A stretch of DNA of 35,454 bases from Octopus bimaculoides (taxonomy: Eukaryota). Shown piece by piece: positions 1 to 12,698 of this stretch (position 1 is its first letter; the number at the start of each line of letters is the position of its first letter). The translations under genes were made by a program, and so were the position numbers. Below the pieces are notes generated by a model. The model worked only from the letters and a program-made list of their open reading frames with translations, had not been told where the DNA came from and did not search any database. Location: assembly GCF_001194135.2 (NCBI RefSeq), contig NC_068986.1, positions 99,932,306 through 99,967,759 of the forward strand, written 5' to 3'.

Positions 1-3
1 AAC

Positions 4-37
<34 letters not shown>

Positions 38-215
38 CTGTGTGTTTGTGTCTGTGTTTACGTCTGCGTAATTTAGCAGTTCGGGCAAAAAGAGCGATAG
101 AATAGGTACTGGGTTTTAAAAAGATGAGTCCTGGTGTTGATTTGTTTGACTAAATCAGTTCAAGGTGTTGCTCCAACATGACCGCAGTCAAACGACTGAA
201 ACAAATAAACGAATA
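1..215 (+). mobile_element. SINE family A, 3' half (internal TG microsatellite to tail)
   Basis: Colinear with the 3' halves of 14651-14830 and the reverse complement of 8851-9020 (CATGACCGCAGTCAAACGACTGAAACAAATAAA tail). Confidence 0.8.
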
Positions 216-634
216 TGCGCGAGGGCATATGTATGTGTGTGTTACAAGGTGTGAAATGTAAACGTGTAATATATTTCAAAGAAAACGTGATTTCGCTGCT
301 ATTATGTCTCAACATTATATATAGTTGTAGGACAGACAAGGTAAAAAAAATTGCTACCACAAAAGTCAATATTGAAAAAAATCGCGATGATCAGAGTTCT
401 ATGTAAGAAGAGAGATATTTAAAAATAAAATCCTTGTTAGTTAATTTTGGAAAAGACCAGTGGATGTAACATATCTAAAATACCACTAAATTTCCAAAAA
501 TTGTCACGTAATTAAAATTTATCCTATGTGCATGTCGTTTATATGACTAACGTAAAAAACACCCCAAGATACATGTCGGTAAAATGAAATTGTAAATATG
601 AAGAATTTGAGAAATAGTTTTGAAAAATATAGAT

Positions 635-850
635 AGGTGGAGGGGTGGCTGTGTGGTACAAAGCTTGCTACTCATCCACATGTTTCCGGGTTCAGTCCCT
701 CTGCATGAAGCTTTGGGCAAGTGTCTTTCACTATAGTCTCGGACCGACCAAAGCCTTCTGAGTGGATTTGGTTGACGGAAACTAAAGCAAGCTCGTAGCG
801 TATATATGTAAATATATGTGTGTTTGTGTGTCTGCGTTTGTCCCCCAAAC
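635..850 (+). mobile_element. SINE family A, 5' half (tRNA-derived head, CORE-like motif)
   Basis: Pol III A box TGGCTGTGTGG and B box GGTTCAGTCCC, then CTTTGGGCAAGTGTCTT resembling the CORE-SINE CCTTGGGCAAGT motif. Matches 9080-9220 (reverse complement) and 18961-19115. May be the octopus OR2 CORE-SINE, not verified. Confidence 0.8.
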
Positions 851-896
851 AAGCAAAAAGATATATATACATACATACACACATACATATTTATAC

Positions 897-944
<48 letters not shown>

Positions 945-946
<2 letters not shown>

Positions 947-1620
947 AAAAGATGGGATAAGAACGCAACAGGCGACATACAGACAGTTAGATGATACAAA
1001 AAGGGACAAGAAAAAACAAGGACGGGCCATTCAGGGTCTTCTTTCGTCAGTCGAGTTCCAGATTATCTTTGCAGTTTCGGTTTGTTATACTCGAGACTGC
1101 TTCAATCTGGCCAGCCCCAAGGAAAATCTAAGCTAAGAGCACTAAATTCCTTGAAAGATAGTAGCGAAAATATACGAAAACAAGGATTGAGAAAAAGAAA
1201 AAATGGTACACACATACAAATGCAAACAACAGGACATTGACAACAGGTGTCTTTCGACTAAGGGCGAATGAAATTAAGCTGGCGTGTGTGGAAGTGAAGC
1301 TTTACGGCAGGGACATATGAGATGACAGGCATGGGAAGGAATATAGATATTGCACGGATTGTAGTCGAACCAAGAAAGAAAGGTCAGGCTTGGCCGAACA
1401 CCGGTCACCACGTGGAAGGAGAGGAGAGAGATAGAGGCAGAGGGATAGAAGAATTAGAGAGGGGCGAGAAAAACGAAAGGGAAGAGTGAAGTGAAAGAGG
1501 AGGGAAGATGAGAATGAAAGGAGGGCCAGGAAATGTGAGAGAGGGAGAGTGGAAGAAAGAAGAGTGGAAAGAACGAAGTGTGAAGGGGCTGAAAGAAAGA
1601 AAGAATAAGAGAGTCGTACA
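945..1620 (-). mobile_element. Putative Penelope-like element terminal repeat / 3' non-coding region carrying a hammerhead-like core
   Basis: On the minus strand a long pyrimidine-rich tract is followed by CUGACGA, GAAA and UC hammerhead motifs and a T-rich end running into (AT)n. This layout is typical of PLE termini. No ORF homology was seen, so the class is inferred. Confidence 0.45.
1044..1116 (-). ncRNA. Candidate rearranged hammerhead ribozyme
   Basis: Minus strand reads GGCUGG-CCAGAUU-GAA-GCAG-UC-UCGAGU-AUAACAAACC-GAAA-CUGC-AAAGAU-AAUCUGG-A-ACUCGA-CUGACGA. Stem I (UCGAGU/ACUCGA) and stem III (GCAGU/ACUGC, extended by CCAGAUU/AAUCUGG) abut the core motifs correctly. Stem II is unresolved. 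Confidence 0.5.
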
Positions 1621-1630
1621 AAATTCATAT

Positions 1631-1693
<63 letters not shown>

Positions 1694-2062
1694 NNNNNNN
1701 NNNNNNNNNNNNNNNNNNNNNNNNNNNNNNNNNNNNNNNNNNNNNNNNNNNNNNNNNNNNNNNNNNNNNNNNNNNNNNNNNNNNNNNNNNNNNNNNNNNN
1801 NNNNNNNNNNNNNNNNNNNNNNNNNNNNNNNNNNNNNNNNNNNNNNNNNNNNNNNNNNNNNNNNNNNNNNNNNNNNNNNNNNNNNNNNNNNNNNNNNNNN
1901 NNNNNNNNNNNNNNNNNNNNNNNNNNNNNNNNNNNNNNNNNNNNNNNNNNNNNNNNNNNNNNNNNNNNNNNNNNNNNNNNNNNNNNNNNNNNNNNNNNNN
2001 NNNNNNNNNNNNNNNNNNNNNNNNNNNNNNNNNNNNNNNNNNNNNNNNNNNNNNNNNNNNNN

Positions 2063-2097
<35 letters not shown>

Positions 2098-4509
2098 TTA
2101 TATGTATATACATATATATTTTACATGCAACGCACACAAAGACACAAACATACATACACATATATTTACCTGAGTTTACTTAAGAAATATTTACTCACCA
2201 CGGGGGAATTTCATTGTAGATTTCAGCGGATTCCGTTATGTTTGTATGGTTTCAGACTGCTTGCGCACCTAATGGCAATTCTCGTCTTGAAAGACCAAAG
2301 TTTGTATACATGTCAACTATGTATGAAGAATGCATTGATAAGTTTTGAATGAAGACTTAGGGAATCTATGGATTTATGTCAATGGTTCTGTCATTTAATG
2401 ACCGAGAAGAATTTACAGAAGCATAGTGTGAGAGGTCAAATTATATATCACCATACAGAACATTACTGAGTCACATTTGTCACGAGTTCTTGATTTAAAC
2501 TAACATATGTTATACCGCCAAAGGTCTAGTCACTAACTGGATTTATAATGATATTTATGTAACATGCGATGTTGTATTGAAATTACACAATTTATTTAAA
2601 CTATCAAGATAGAATAGATTTAAGNNNNNNNNNNNNNNNNNNNNNNNNNNNNNNNNNNNNNNNNNNNNNNNNNNNNNNNNNNNNNNNNNNNNNNNNNNNN
2701 NNNNNNNNNNNNNNNNNNNNNNNNNNNNNNNNNNNNNNNNNNNNNNNNNNNNNNNNNNNNNNNNNNNNNNNNNNNNNNNNNNNNNNNNNNNNNNNNNNNN
2801 NNNNNNNNNNNNNNNNNNNNNNNNNNNNNNNNNNGTTCTGTCATTTAATGACCGAGAAGAATTTACAGAAGCATAGTGTGAGAGGTAAAATTATATATCA
2901 CCATACAGAACATTACTGAGTCACATTTGTCACGAGTTCTTGATTTAAACTAACATATGTTATACCGCCAAAGGTCTAGTCACTAACTGGATTTATAATG
3001 ATATTTATGTAACATGCGATGTTGTATTGAAATTACACAATTTATTTAAACTATCAAGATAGAATAGATTTAAGTTAAGATATTGTTAGCATTATTATCT
3101 GTAGTGGTAAGTTGACTTGTTGGGAGAATGTTTAGCAGATTTCTTTCTGCTGCACACATTCTGAGTTCTAATCCTACAGTAATCAGCTATGCTATTTTTT
3201 TTCGAAATTGATAAAATAATGTACCATTCAAGAACTGAGTGTCGTGTTTTGAACTTCCTCTCCCGCTTAAAGTCTTGGTGATTTTGTACCGACATTTTCA
3301 TCAATTATTATAGACTGGTGTTGCTGTTGTTTAAGACTTTTGTAGTGCCAATTAAAACCTCTTTTATCAAATCTATGAGGAAAGGTATTTCATTCGTGGC
3401 CATTCCGTTTATAAGGAATATAGAAGAATATTTATTAAATGTCTTTCCACTTTAAAGACGTTAGCGTGTGATTCATAAGAGATTTGTTTGTCATTTCTCA
3501 TCGGTCCAACGATCGTGTGGAAACCGGCTCGTCGGTTAGATTCCATTACTCTTTCTGGAACACTGAGGACCCGAGAAAGTTTCTCAGTCATTATCACAAC
3601 AGGGGATCCCTTGCTGTAGAGTAGCGCAATATGAGAAAATCTTGATTTTACTAACGGGCTATGAATATAAATTCAGACCAGTGGATAGAGTCGATCTATT
3701 TCTGTTACAATTCTTGTATTGGTTAATCAGGCAGTTGTAACGTATTTGTGAATCCTGTTCTGGCGAAATCGGATTTAGTTTCCTGGCTATGAGAAATTAT
3801 TTATTTAGTTATGTATAACCTTATAATTGACAATAGATCATAATTTCAGTTTATCGATACATCATAATCCAATTTCAGTTTGTCGATAGACCGTGGTCTC
3901 ATGTCAGTGTTCTTTGGTTATGTTCTATGTCGGACGAGATTGAATGCCAGTTAGTCGTGAGTCGAATTCCCTGGATGCAGTCTAAGTATATGGTATCAGT
4001 ACTGTTCCAGATATGGGAGGAGTACTCTATTGTGAGACTCATCTGAGTATTTTAGAGTATCAGGAGCAGTTGGGGGATGAACTATTTTCTGTTTCTAAAG
4101 TGAAAGACCAATCTTTGGGATGTGGTTGTATATTTGTTAAAGAAATACGTCTGTCTTTTATGAAATGTCTCGTTCTTTAATCCAATATTTTATGTGTTTA
4201 AGTCATTTTCGTTAGCTTATATTTATGGCAACTAACTTAATGTTCATAGATTTTCCTATGTTAATATTTTATACTGTTACGTACTTTGTCTACGATACCC
4301 TCAAACGTTTTCTATATGATCTCCTCTAAAAAGTTTGTAACCATTTCGATAGTACATTTGTTAATGTCTGTGTTTCAGCTTTATATTTAGAATGGACCAT
4401 AATAATATTTTAAGAAAAACATATTTTGGTGTTGATATTAATATTTATGAGTTCTTTGATGGTTTCGATATTGATGTCAGTTATATTTCTTTCTACTATA
4501 GATACAGAG

Positions 4510-4695
4510 CGTGACATTTGGAGTGGAGGGCTAGTACATCAACCCCAGTGTACAACTTACGTTATTTTATCGACATCGAAAGGATGAAAGGCAAAGTTGA
4601 CCCCGGCGGAATTCGAACTCAGAAGAACGTAAAGACGGATGACATGCAGCTAAGCATTTTATCCGACATGCTAACAATTCCTTTAGATCACCGCC
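4510..4695 (-). mobile_element. SINE family B
   Basis: Reverse complement matches 27535-27770 and 28215-28430 (B box GAGTTCGAATTCC, CTTTGCCTTTCATCCTTTCG, GGGGTTGATGTA). Confidence 0.8.
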
Positions 4696-5079
4696 GTTTT
4701 GATGTCAGTAATATTGTAATTTTTTCAAATTACATTTTAAGATGTCAATCCTTCCTTTAATTTCTGCTTCAAATTTCCTATTATCAGATTACATTTCTCA
4801 GTTATATTTGCTGGTGCTGTCAGGTGTTTATTGTTGATCACCATTGGATTATAATTTATTAAATGCATACAAGACAGCGAGAAGGAAAGCCGTAACCTAT
4901 TCATTCATTCCCTATGCATTCTGGTAGATTCAAATGTGGATACACTAATTGTTGCTGCATTTTGTCAACCTAGAATCCCCCCTTCCTTTATACGATGTGC
5001 ATTCATAGTACATGTGATTCATTGTCAGTGTCTTAACGTCATTTAGCGTCTCCTTAGTCAAAGTCATCCCTTGTTTAAA

Positions 5080-5211
5080 GAGGCATATCGCAGTGGTAAC
5101 AAGCTTGCTTCCCAGCGATCTGGCTCTGTGTTCAGTACCACGACGTGGTACCTTGCCCAAGTATCTTATACTATAGCCTTGAGTTGGTAAACGGAAACTG
5201 AATGAGGCCCG

Positions 5212-5286
<75 letters not shown>
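5080..5286 (+). mobile_element. SINE family A, 5' half with internal deletion, ending in (TA)n
   Basis: Diverged head, GGTACCTTGCCCAAGTATCTT and ACGGAAACTGAATGAGGCCCGTC, followed by (TA)n at about 5214-5286. Confidence 0.7.
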
Positions 5287-5290
<4 letters not shown>

Positions 5291-5309
5291 CACTGAAACA
5301 CGTAAATAA

Positions 5310-5486
5310 TCCATTCTACTGTAAGCACAAGGGCTCAGATTTGCCGCGGGGGAACTAGTCGATTACATCGACCCCAGGATGAAAGATGAAGTCGACCTCG
5401 GCGGAATTCGAACTCAAAGCGTCACGATGATATATCGCTAAGCATTGTGCCCGGTGTGCTAATGATTCTAACAGGTCGATGCCTTA
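5310..5486 (-). mobile_element. SINE family B with internal deletion
   Basis: GTCGATTACATCGACCCC, GATGAAAG, GTCGACCTCGGCGGAATTCGAACTC and CCCGGTGTGCTAATGATTC are shared with the other family B copies. Confidence 0.8.
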
Positions 5487-6129
5487 AACAAGTAAATAAT
5501 AATAAAAAATATAAAATAGACAACTTATTTGCTGGTGCGTACCCAAGTGAAATAAACGGTTACTAATAAAAAAAGGACGACGGCAAGTATTAATAGTAAA
5601 AGCATATTCACGTTTTGTCAGATTCGATCGTGAAGATGCTTATCGTTGTTGTATTTCGTAATCGGAATACATCTAATTCACGTGATATGTTTTCAAACAC
5701 ACGTGATACTCACGAAATATGTGCCTCATAACTCATTATCAATTTGGCACACATCAACACGGATTTACAAATATATTTGATGATTTCAATAATCAAGAGC
5801 TAGTACACGTTGCATTCATCGAATCCTATATTTGACTGAGGAGACACAGATTAAGGTCGAAACATCACCGTGTAACATCAATGAGTTGCTTGTGTTATCA
5901 GCATGCATTCCGAAGAAGAAAAACCAACTGCGAATTGCGTATTTATGTTTGAATCTGCCAGAACGTATCGAGAATCAATAGATATGTGACAACTCAATTA
6001 GCTTTCTTTATATTAATTTCCATTCTAATGTACATTTGGTCGTTACTGTAATCATCTTGTAAAATAGATCGTATATCATAGCATACTTAACGTTTACTGT
6101 GGAAGAAAGAATATTTGCCTGTTTCTATA

Positions 6130-6132
<3 letters not shown>

Positions 6133-6226
<94 letters not shown>

Positions 6227-6340
6227 NNNNNNNNNNTTGTTTGTATGTGTGTGTGTATGCACACTCATACGCGCACGCACCGGTAGACACACACGCACAC
6301 ACGCACACACGCACACACGCACACACAAACACACAAACAC
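6133..6340. repeat. Compound (TA)n-(TG)n-(CA)n microsatellite with a small gap
   Basis: Directly visible. Confidence 0.95.
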
Positions 6341-6540
6341 AGATGTCAAATTGAGTAAAATACAATTCTTCGGATTTTCACTGGTGACTTGTTGCAAGTT
6401 GTATCTCCATGTCGTATTATTAATTCAATACCGATTGTCCAGTTGTTTATTCTTTATTTTACAGCTTTTCTTAGTTACAATTACAGCCATTTTACGCTAA
6501 CGCTGATAAAAAATAAGTACTGAGAAATTAATAATGTGGA

Positions 6541-7265
6541 AGGTTATGCCAGCCTCGGTGACAAGCCAACGTCAGAGAGACCTGTTGCGGAAGATGTTCC
6601 CTTGCTTCAAACAGTTGAACAACACCCTAATACAATCACGCGTACATTGTCGGTAGAACTTGATTCGATAATTCCATAAGCTCGGTCTTGTGAACAGACG
6701 CTGTCGAGTGGTTGGTCATGAATTTACCAATGACCAGGCTCAACGAAATGTTAAAATTTGCAAATAACTGGTAAATCCTCGAGAAGCCTGGTTTTAGCGT
6801 CGAGGTGTAAAGGGAGAGGAAAAATGGATCTATTTTCATAATTTTAGTAAGAGGTACCTGTGCTTTATTTCCGGCCAGGGTGGTTTGAACACCAGGCCAT
6901 GTTATGTGCTTGGTGAAATTGCGAGGGTGTGTTCCTCTTTCAGCGTCTCCCACATAGTAATGCTGTAAACGCTAACGTTTACGCTCAACAACTGCAGTGA
7001 GTATATGATTCTTCGAAAGCCAGCATTGGTCAAAGGAAGACGCGAACTCCTACAGTATGACAGTTCTCCAGTACTCATTGCCAATGTGACCAAACGCCAA
7101 CTTGAAAAAAGTCTGGGGCTGGAGGTGCAATCTCAATCTGCCTGTAGTCCCGCCCATGCACTATCAGATAATTAAGTTTTCATATCCATAACTCATCTCC
7201 TGCACTGAGGAAGGGTTAACAAAGTGGATAATTTGAAAACGAGTGAAGGAGTGTTTTTTCTCTAA
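6541..7265 (+). pseudogene. Decayed mariner (Tc1/mariner, DD34D-type) transposase
   Basis: Frameshifted translation: GYASLGDKPTSERP..QTVEQHPNTITRTLSVEL / HKLGLVNRRCRVVGHEF (WVPHEL-like) ..KGEEKWIYF (TGDEKW) / AMLCAW*NCEGV..VNANVYAQQL / LLQYDSSP (D2) ..CSPAHALSDN (YSPDLAPSDY). Multiple stops and frameshifts; no TIRs found. Confidence 0.85.
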
Positions 7266-7444
7266 ATCAGCCGCATAGCATACACGTGGAATTAAGTATG
7301 AGGCACACCGGTGGCACCTGACAATAGACTATGGTAGGATATATTTTAATGACTAAATGCTTTACGTATGTAATTTGTTTGAACTATTTATTAAATATTC
7401 GAATACGTAAAGCAAAGCTTTTGACTCAACTGGGTATATATGTA

Positions 7445-8780
7445 TATATTACTGCATCATATATAAAATGTTGATGGCTTATATGCGATACTGTTATAAA
7501 CTTTTACAGTGTTTTATAAAACATTAGCAATCACAAGCTGCTAGACGTTATCACTGTTGAAAATGGGTGTGTTAAATAACTTAGTGTAAAAGACACACTG
7601 ATACCTGATGCGGTTTTCAATCTTAAATTTCCAGGTTATTCCATCATTTGTAAAAAGAGTTATATTCATAAAAACAGTTATATTCTCTAAATATTATATC
7701 GGAATCTTCACGTATGTCCCTATCTCGCAATGGATTATCTTTATCAGTTTCCCTCTGGCAAAGGTCTTAGTAGAGTCTACAAATATTTGTAAACACCTAA
7801 GTTTATATCTAGAGCTATTTCATATATGATTCTCAGGTCTAGTATTCCTTCATGTCTTCCCAGCTTTGGCATAATCCCGCTTTTGCAATTGGCTTTAATT
7901 TATTCGTTATGAAAATTTCCGTTCGAAAATGATCACTATCAATTTAATCACATGCTTACGATGCTAAATTCTGTACATTCCTTGAAGTTTCGCTTTCTTT
8001 AGTAATAGAACAAAGATACATTGTTTTATTTAAGTTGGAACGTATCCACTCTCATATATTGCGTTACAAAATATGTTATTAGATCTATAACATGGTTTAT
8101 AATGCCTTTAATACATTTCTGTTTTATCTCCTCCAGTTAACATAACATATTTCATTGCTTTTATTACCATTTCTACTTCTTTTAAGATTCCATTTCCATT
8201 AGCAGCTTTAAAATTGGGAATAGACGGTCTGGTCTCCTCATCGTACAGTTCTTTTATGTAGTCATTCTATCTAGATGCAATCTGTTGATGATCAAACGCT
8301 ACGTTTCGATTTTTGTCCTTAATGTTACAACGCGGTTTACTCGTGCATGTACTGTTTGTGATCTCGTTTATTTCATCTTACTATTCTTTAGATTTAAGCT
8401 GGTTAATAAGTTTTCCGCATAAGTGGCATTGATCATCCAGGTATTTGGTTTTTACTTCCCCACATTCACAAGTGATTTCTATATTTAGGTTTCTATGCCT
8501 ATCTTCATCTTCATTCTTGTATTTCTTTCGTTCTTTCCTTCCTCATATAATATCATCTGTGATCTAACTTCGTTTTTCTCGTTTCTTTGAGAAGTATTAA
8601 TTTCTTTCGAGTATTTGATTTCAATTTTTCCTTCTCCTTCTTCATCATTACCCAGTGCTTGTATCTCTCTTTTATTGCATAAATATTCATAATTGGTTCA
8701 TATTATCAAATTTTATTAGTATTTTGCCTGATTTAGAAAATTTTAATTTAATTTCTCTGTAATTTTTAATTAGTTTTATA
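7445..8780 (-). pseudogene. Decayed RTE-clade LINE ORF (linker plus N-terminal RT)
   Basis: Minus translation: ITDDII..ERKKYKNEDEDRHRNLNIEI, IKDKNRNVAFDHQQIASR*NDYIKELYDE, CNAIYESGYVPT..CIFVLLLKK, GILDLRII, IFVDSTKTF (FIDYxKAFD), FKIENRIRYQCVF..KLFN (GVRQGCVLSPxLFN). These match RTE/BovB-type motifs in order. Confidence 0.85.
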
Positions 8781-8850
8781 TTCTGCTGCATAGTGATACA
8801 TTGTGGTGGAGAAGAAACTTAAAAAATATAAATAAACACGATTAGTATAT

Positions 8851-9220
8851 TCTTTTACTCTTTTACTTGTTTCAGTCATTTGACTGCGGCCATGCTGGAG
8901 CACTGCCTTTAGTCGAGAAAATCGACCCCAGGACTTACTGTTTCGAAGCCTAGTACTTATTCTATCGGTCTCTTTTTGTCGAACCGCTAAGTTACGGGGA
9001 TGTCAACACACCAGCATCGGTTGTCAACCGATGGTGGGGAGGGGGAGACAACCACAAACACACAAACACATATGCATACATCTACCAAATCCACTCACAA
9101 GGCTTTGGTCGGCCGAGGCTATAGTAGAAGACACTTGCCCAAGGTGCCACGTAGTGGGACTGAACCCCGAACGATATAGTCGGTAAGCAAGCTACTTACC
9201 ACACAGCCACTCCTGCGCCT
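8851..9220 (-). mobile_element. SINE family A, full length
   Basis: Head AGGCGCAGGAGTGGCTGTGTGGTAAGTAGC..GGTTCAGTCCC, CCTTGGGCAAGTGTCTT, a short internal CA/TA tract, and tail GACTGAAACAAGTAAAAGAGTAAAAGA. Confidence 0.9.
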
Positions 9221-12200
9221 AGTATGCTAATAACCTTGATATAAGTTTGTTTGAATGACGTTATCTTATGAGTAAGCATCATCAATAACCATAGCAACGT
9301 ATATCAAAATGCTCCGCACTCCTACGTGAGCTCCCCGAAACGCAAATCCCCTCATGGAAGATTATCTTTCGGAAGAATGTATAGAGAAAAGCGAAAATAT
9401 GGTGCAATGTTCAGTAAATGTTTCTTTTTTTTTTGCAGTATTAATTACATTAAAATGAAATATACAAGAAATTGACAATTTACATCCAGCTTGTTATAGA
9501 TTCTGATTGGTAGGAATCGATATATATGAAAATTGAATCAAAGTAAACATTTAATGATATAGCTGAAATCAGCACTTAGCTATTGATTATAAATAAATAA
9601 ATGAATAAATAAATGCATGTAGTGTTAGGAGTATGACATTCATTTCTTACACCTGTACGTGACATTTTCATTAGTAGCAATATATTAATGTATATATTGA
9701 TATATTTTTTTATAGAGTTATATTTCAGGAATCTATCGATCTTGGTTGACCATGAATTTGCACATAAAATGTTTCTCCCGAAGCAGTAAACCTGGATTTC
9801 TAGGAAAGTTCAGTTGTTTCGTATGCAGGGAAATGTTCACCCTAACCATACCGATGTTGACCAAAGAAAAAAGAAAGATCTAAAGATGCTGAAGGGTATA
9901 ACAAAGGTGAAATCATGACACAGAGCCAGAACACGCACGCCGAAATGTAGGTTACAAAATTTGCATGCTGAGTTCAACCTTGAAAGAGATTCCACCAAAC
10001 AACTGTACTGTGATTGTACATTGTTTTACCAAGTTGAGCTCGGTAAAATTTGATCCCAGAATGAAAAGAATCGGAAGAAATATCGCGAGGTATTTTGTCC
10101 AACGCTAAAACAATCGCACACATTCACACTCTTTAGTACTATTAAAATTGGCTCAATATTACATATGTTGCAGAGAGGAACCATCGGGTTAACTGAAAAC
10201 CGTATGGGAATGGTACATACATTATATACTCATTAAAAAATTTGAAGCCTTGTATCTATGTGAAGATCAGTATTAAAATAGAAATTAAGAATGGATAGCA
10301 GAATGTTAAAGAGTCGAAACATGCTTTGCAGTATGTAATTATTAATTCTTAAATACTGAGATCAAATCGCGCTGAAGTTGACTTTGGCTTTTACTCTCAT
10401 AGCTTCATAGGTCAGGTATGACGATAAAGTTGATCGACAGTATATATGTGGTTTTGTGGCAATTTTCACTGTGAGAAACCAATATGAAGATAAATTACTT
10501 CTAATTTGATATGAACTTATATACCACCATGCATCAAAGACTACTACTTATACTTAATACTTGAATTATCAGAATTAAAGGCAAAATAGATCCTCTTTGG
10601 TTATCTCACTCAAAAGAAACTTCTAAAAGTCACATAATAACGTGGATTGAATAGTTTGAACGGTATCAGACTAACAATACCGTTCTATTCAGTTATTTAA
10701 AAGACTTTATCCAAATTACTCAAGCGAATAATCTATAATAAGCTATTTAAAAATAAGTACCTTTGTGTCCAGAATTACAACCGAAAGTTTAAATTGGTGA
10801 AATATAGGTGACAAAGAGTGTCAGTTAGTAGTAAGAACTTTCTATAATAGATGAGACATAATGAAACTAATTAAACACTTCCGTTAAATACTTTTGATCT
10901 TCTCCGATACAGAGTCACCCATCTTTCCATCCATCCAGTTTCCAGATTAGACCAGTTCTACGAACGATATATTTACTGGTCGTTTTATAAATAACTCCAA
11001 CAAATCGATTGATTTTCTTTTTAATGAATCTAAATGTATCAATTCATTAGAATTCGTTTGGCCATTTCTAGTGAAAGTTTCTTTCAATTATTTATTAGTA
11101 AGCCTTTGGTAAGTGACATTTATGGCATTTTATTCCATTTTGCTCGTATTTGTAGACAGAATTATTGATTATTGAAAGGTGAGTGGAATGATAGTAAAAA
11201 TTATAAAGAGGAAATATTGAAAACAAAAATCAAAAACAAGAAAAATGTGATCAATAAGATTTAAAGTGTGAGATTTCTAAATTTTCACTGATTGTAATTT
11301 ATTGGTTATTATAGTTTTTATATTACGTTATATATATATATATATNNNNNNNNNNNNNNNNNNNNNNNNNNNNNNNNNNNNNNNNNNNNNNNNNNNNNNN
11401 NNNNNNNNNNNNNNNNNNNNNNNNNNNNNNNNNNNNNNNNNNNNNNNNNNNNNNNNNNNNNNNNNNNNNNNNNNNNNNNNNNNNNNNNNNNNNNNNNNNN
11501 NNNNNNNNNNNNNNNNNNNNNNNNNNNNNNNNNNNNNNNNNNNNNNNNNNNNNNNNNNNNNNNNNNNNNNNNNNNNNNNNNNNNNNNNNNNNNNNNNNNN
11601 NNNNNNNNNNNNNNNNNATATATATATTACTTTCTGTGATTCAATAATTTTTTCAATTCGATATCGCCTGAGCTGGTTTACAATTCTATCGTTGTTTGCT
11701 TGTTGATAGTATTGATTGGTCACATGGACAAAATGTTTTTTTTTAAAATAAAACGAAATTATAGAGGATGAGTAAAATTGATTGATTCGTCACCAGTGTA
11801 TGCATAACGATTATTTTACAGACACCAAAGAGATGATGAGACAAGACTTGTACTGAATATGCATATGGACGAAATCATGGATATTATAGGGCGTTTACTT
11901 GATGACTTTTCTTTCATTGACTTTCGATCAACTTGCTTTCCATGGCAAAATAAATTTCTCTTGAAAAAACTAAGCTAAGATTTGTATAGTGTGGGTGGAA
12001 TCAACTGGATGAATAAATTCCATTTTTATTACCAAAATCGATACATTATTGAACAAGTTAAAGTTTCGGTGGTTGATGCTCAGTAAAAAAAAAACAACTT
12101 GTTATGGACAGCCTAGTTAAAAGTAAACTGAAATCACAAATCAGGAACAAGTTATCACTGTAAGCAGTTGTAGCAGAGTAGAAAACCATAAATGTTTTGT

Positions 12201-12313
12201 TGGTTTATTAGAAAGACTCAAACCAAAAGTATTCCAGCTATGGGTATCCTTATTTTAAGGATAACGTAATTTTAAGAGAGTATGGTGTAATTTAGTGGAA
12301 ATATACTATTTCA

Positions 12314-12698
12314 TCGTTGGCACTCCGTCGGTTACGGCGACGAGGGTTCCAGTTGACCCGATCAACGGAACAGACTGCTCGTGAAATTAACGTGCAAGTG
12401 GCTGAGCAATTCACAGACACGTGTACATTTAACGTAGTTCTCGGAGAGATTCAGCGTGACACACAGTGTGAGAAAGCTGGCCACTTGAAATACAGGTACA
12501 ACAGAAACAGGAAGAAAGAGTGAGAGAAAGTTGTGGTGAAATAATACAGCAGGGTTTGCCACCATCCTTTGCCGGAGCCTCGTGGAGGTTTAGGTGCTTT
12601 TGCTCTATGAACACCCATAATGCCCGGTCTGGGAATCAAAACTGCGATCCTACGACCGCGAGTCCGCTGTCCTAACCACTGGGCCATTGCGCCTCCAC
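12314..12698 (-). mobile_element. SINE family C (tRNA-Arg-like head)
   Basis: Head GTGGAGGCGCAATGGCCCAGTGGTTAGGACAGCGGACTCGCGGTCG..GTTTTGATTCC with A box, TCG anticodon-like loop and degenerate B box, followed by a GC-richer body of about 310 bp. May be an octopus OR-type SINE, not verified. Confidence 0.75.

Noticed and set aside
3380-4140. Possible very old Penelope-like fragment (minus: FTLETEN, TTVYRQ, HLINI..NG) with a 29-bp local duplication at 3842-3888
   Set aside because: Motifs are too short and scattered, with no catalytic DD motif; cannot be supported without a search.
12620-12698. tRNA-Arg gene (also tRNA-like sequences at 9150-9220 and 30205-30270)
   Set aside because: Degenerate B boxes and acceptor stems, and they run into SINE bodies or flank, so they are SINE heads.
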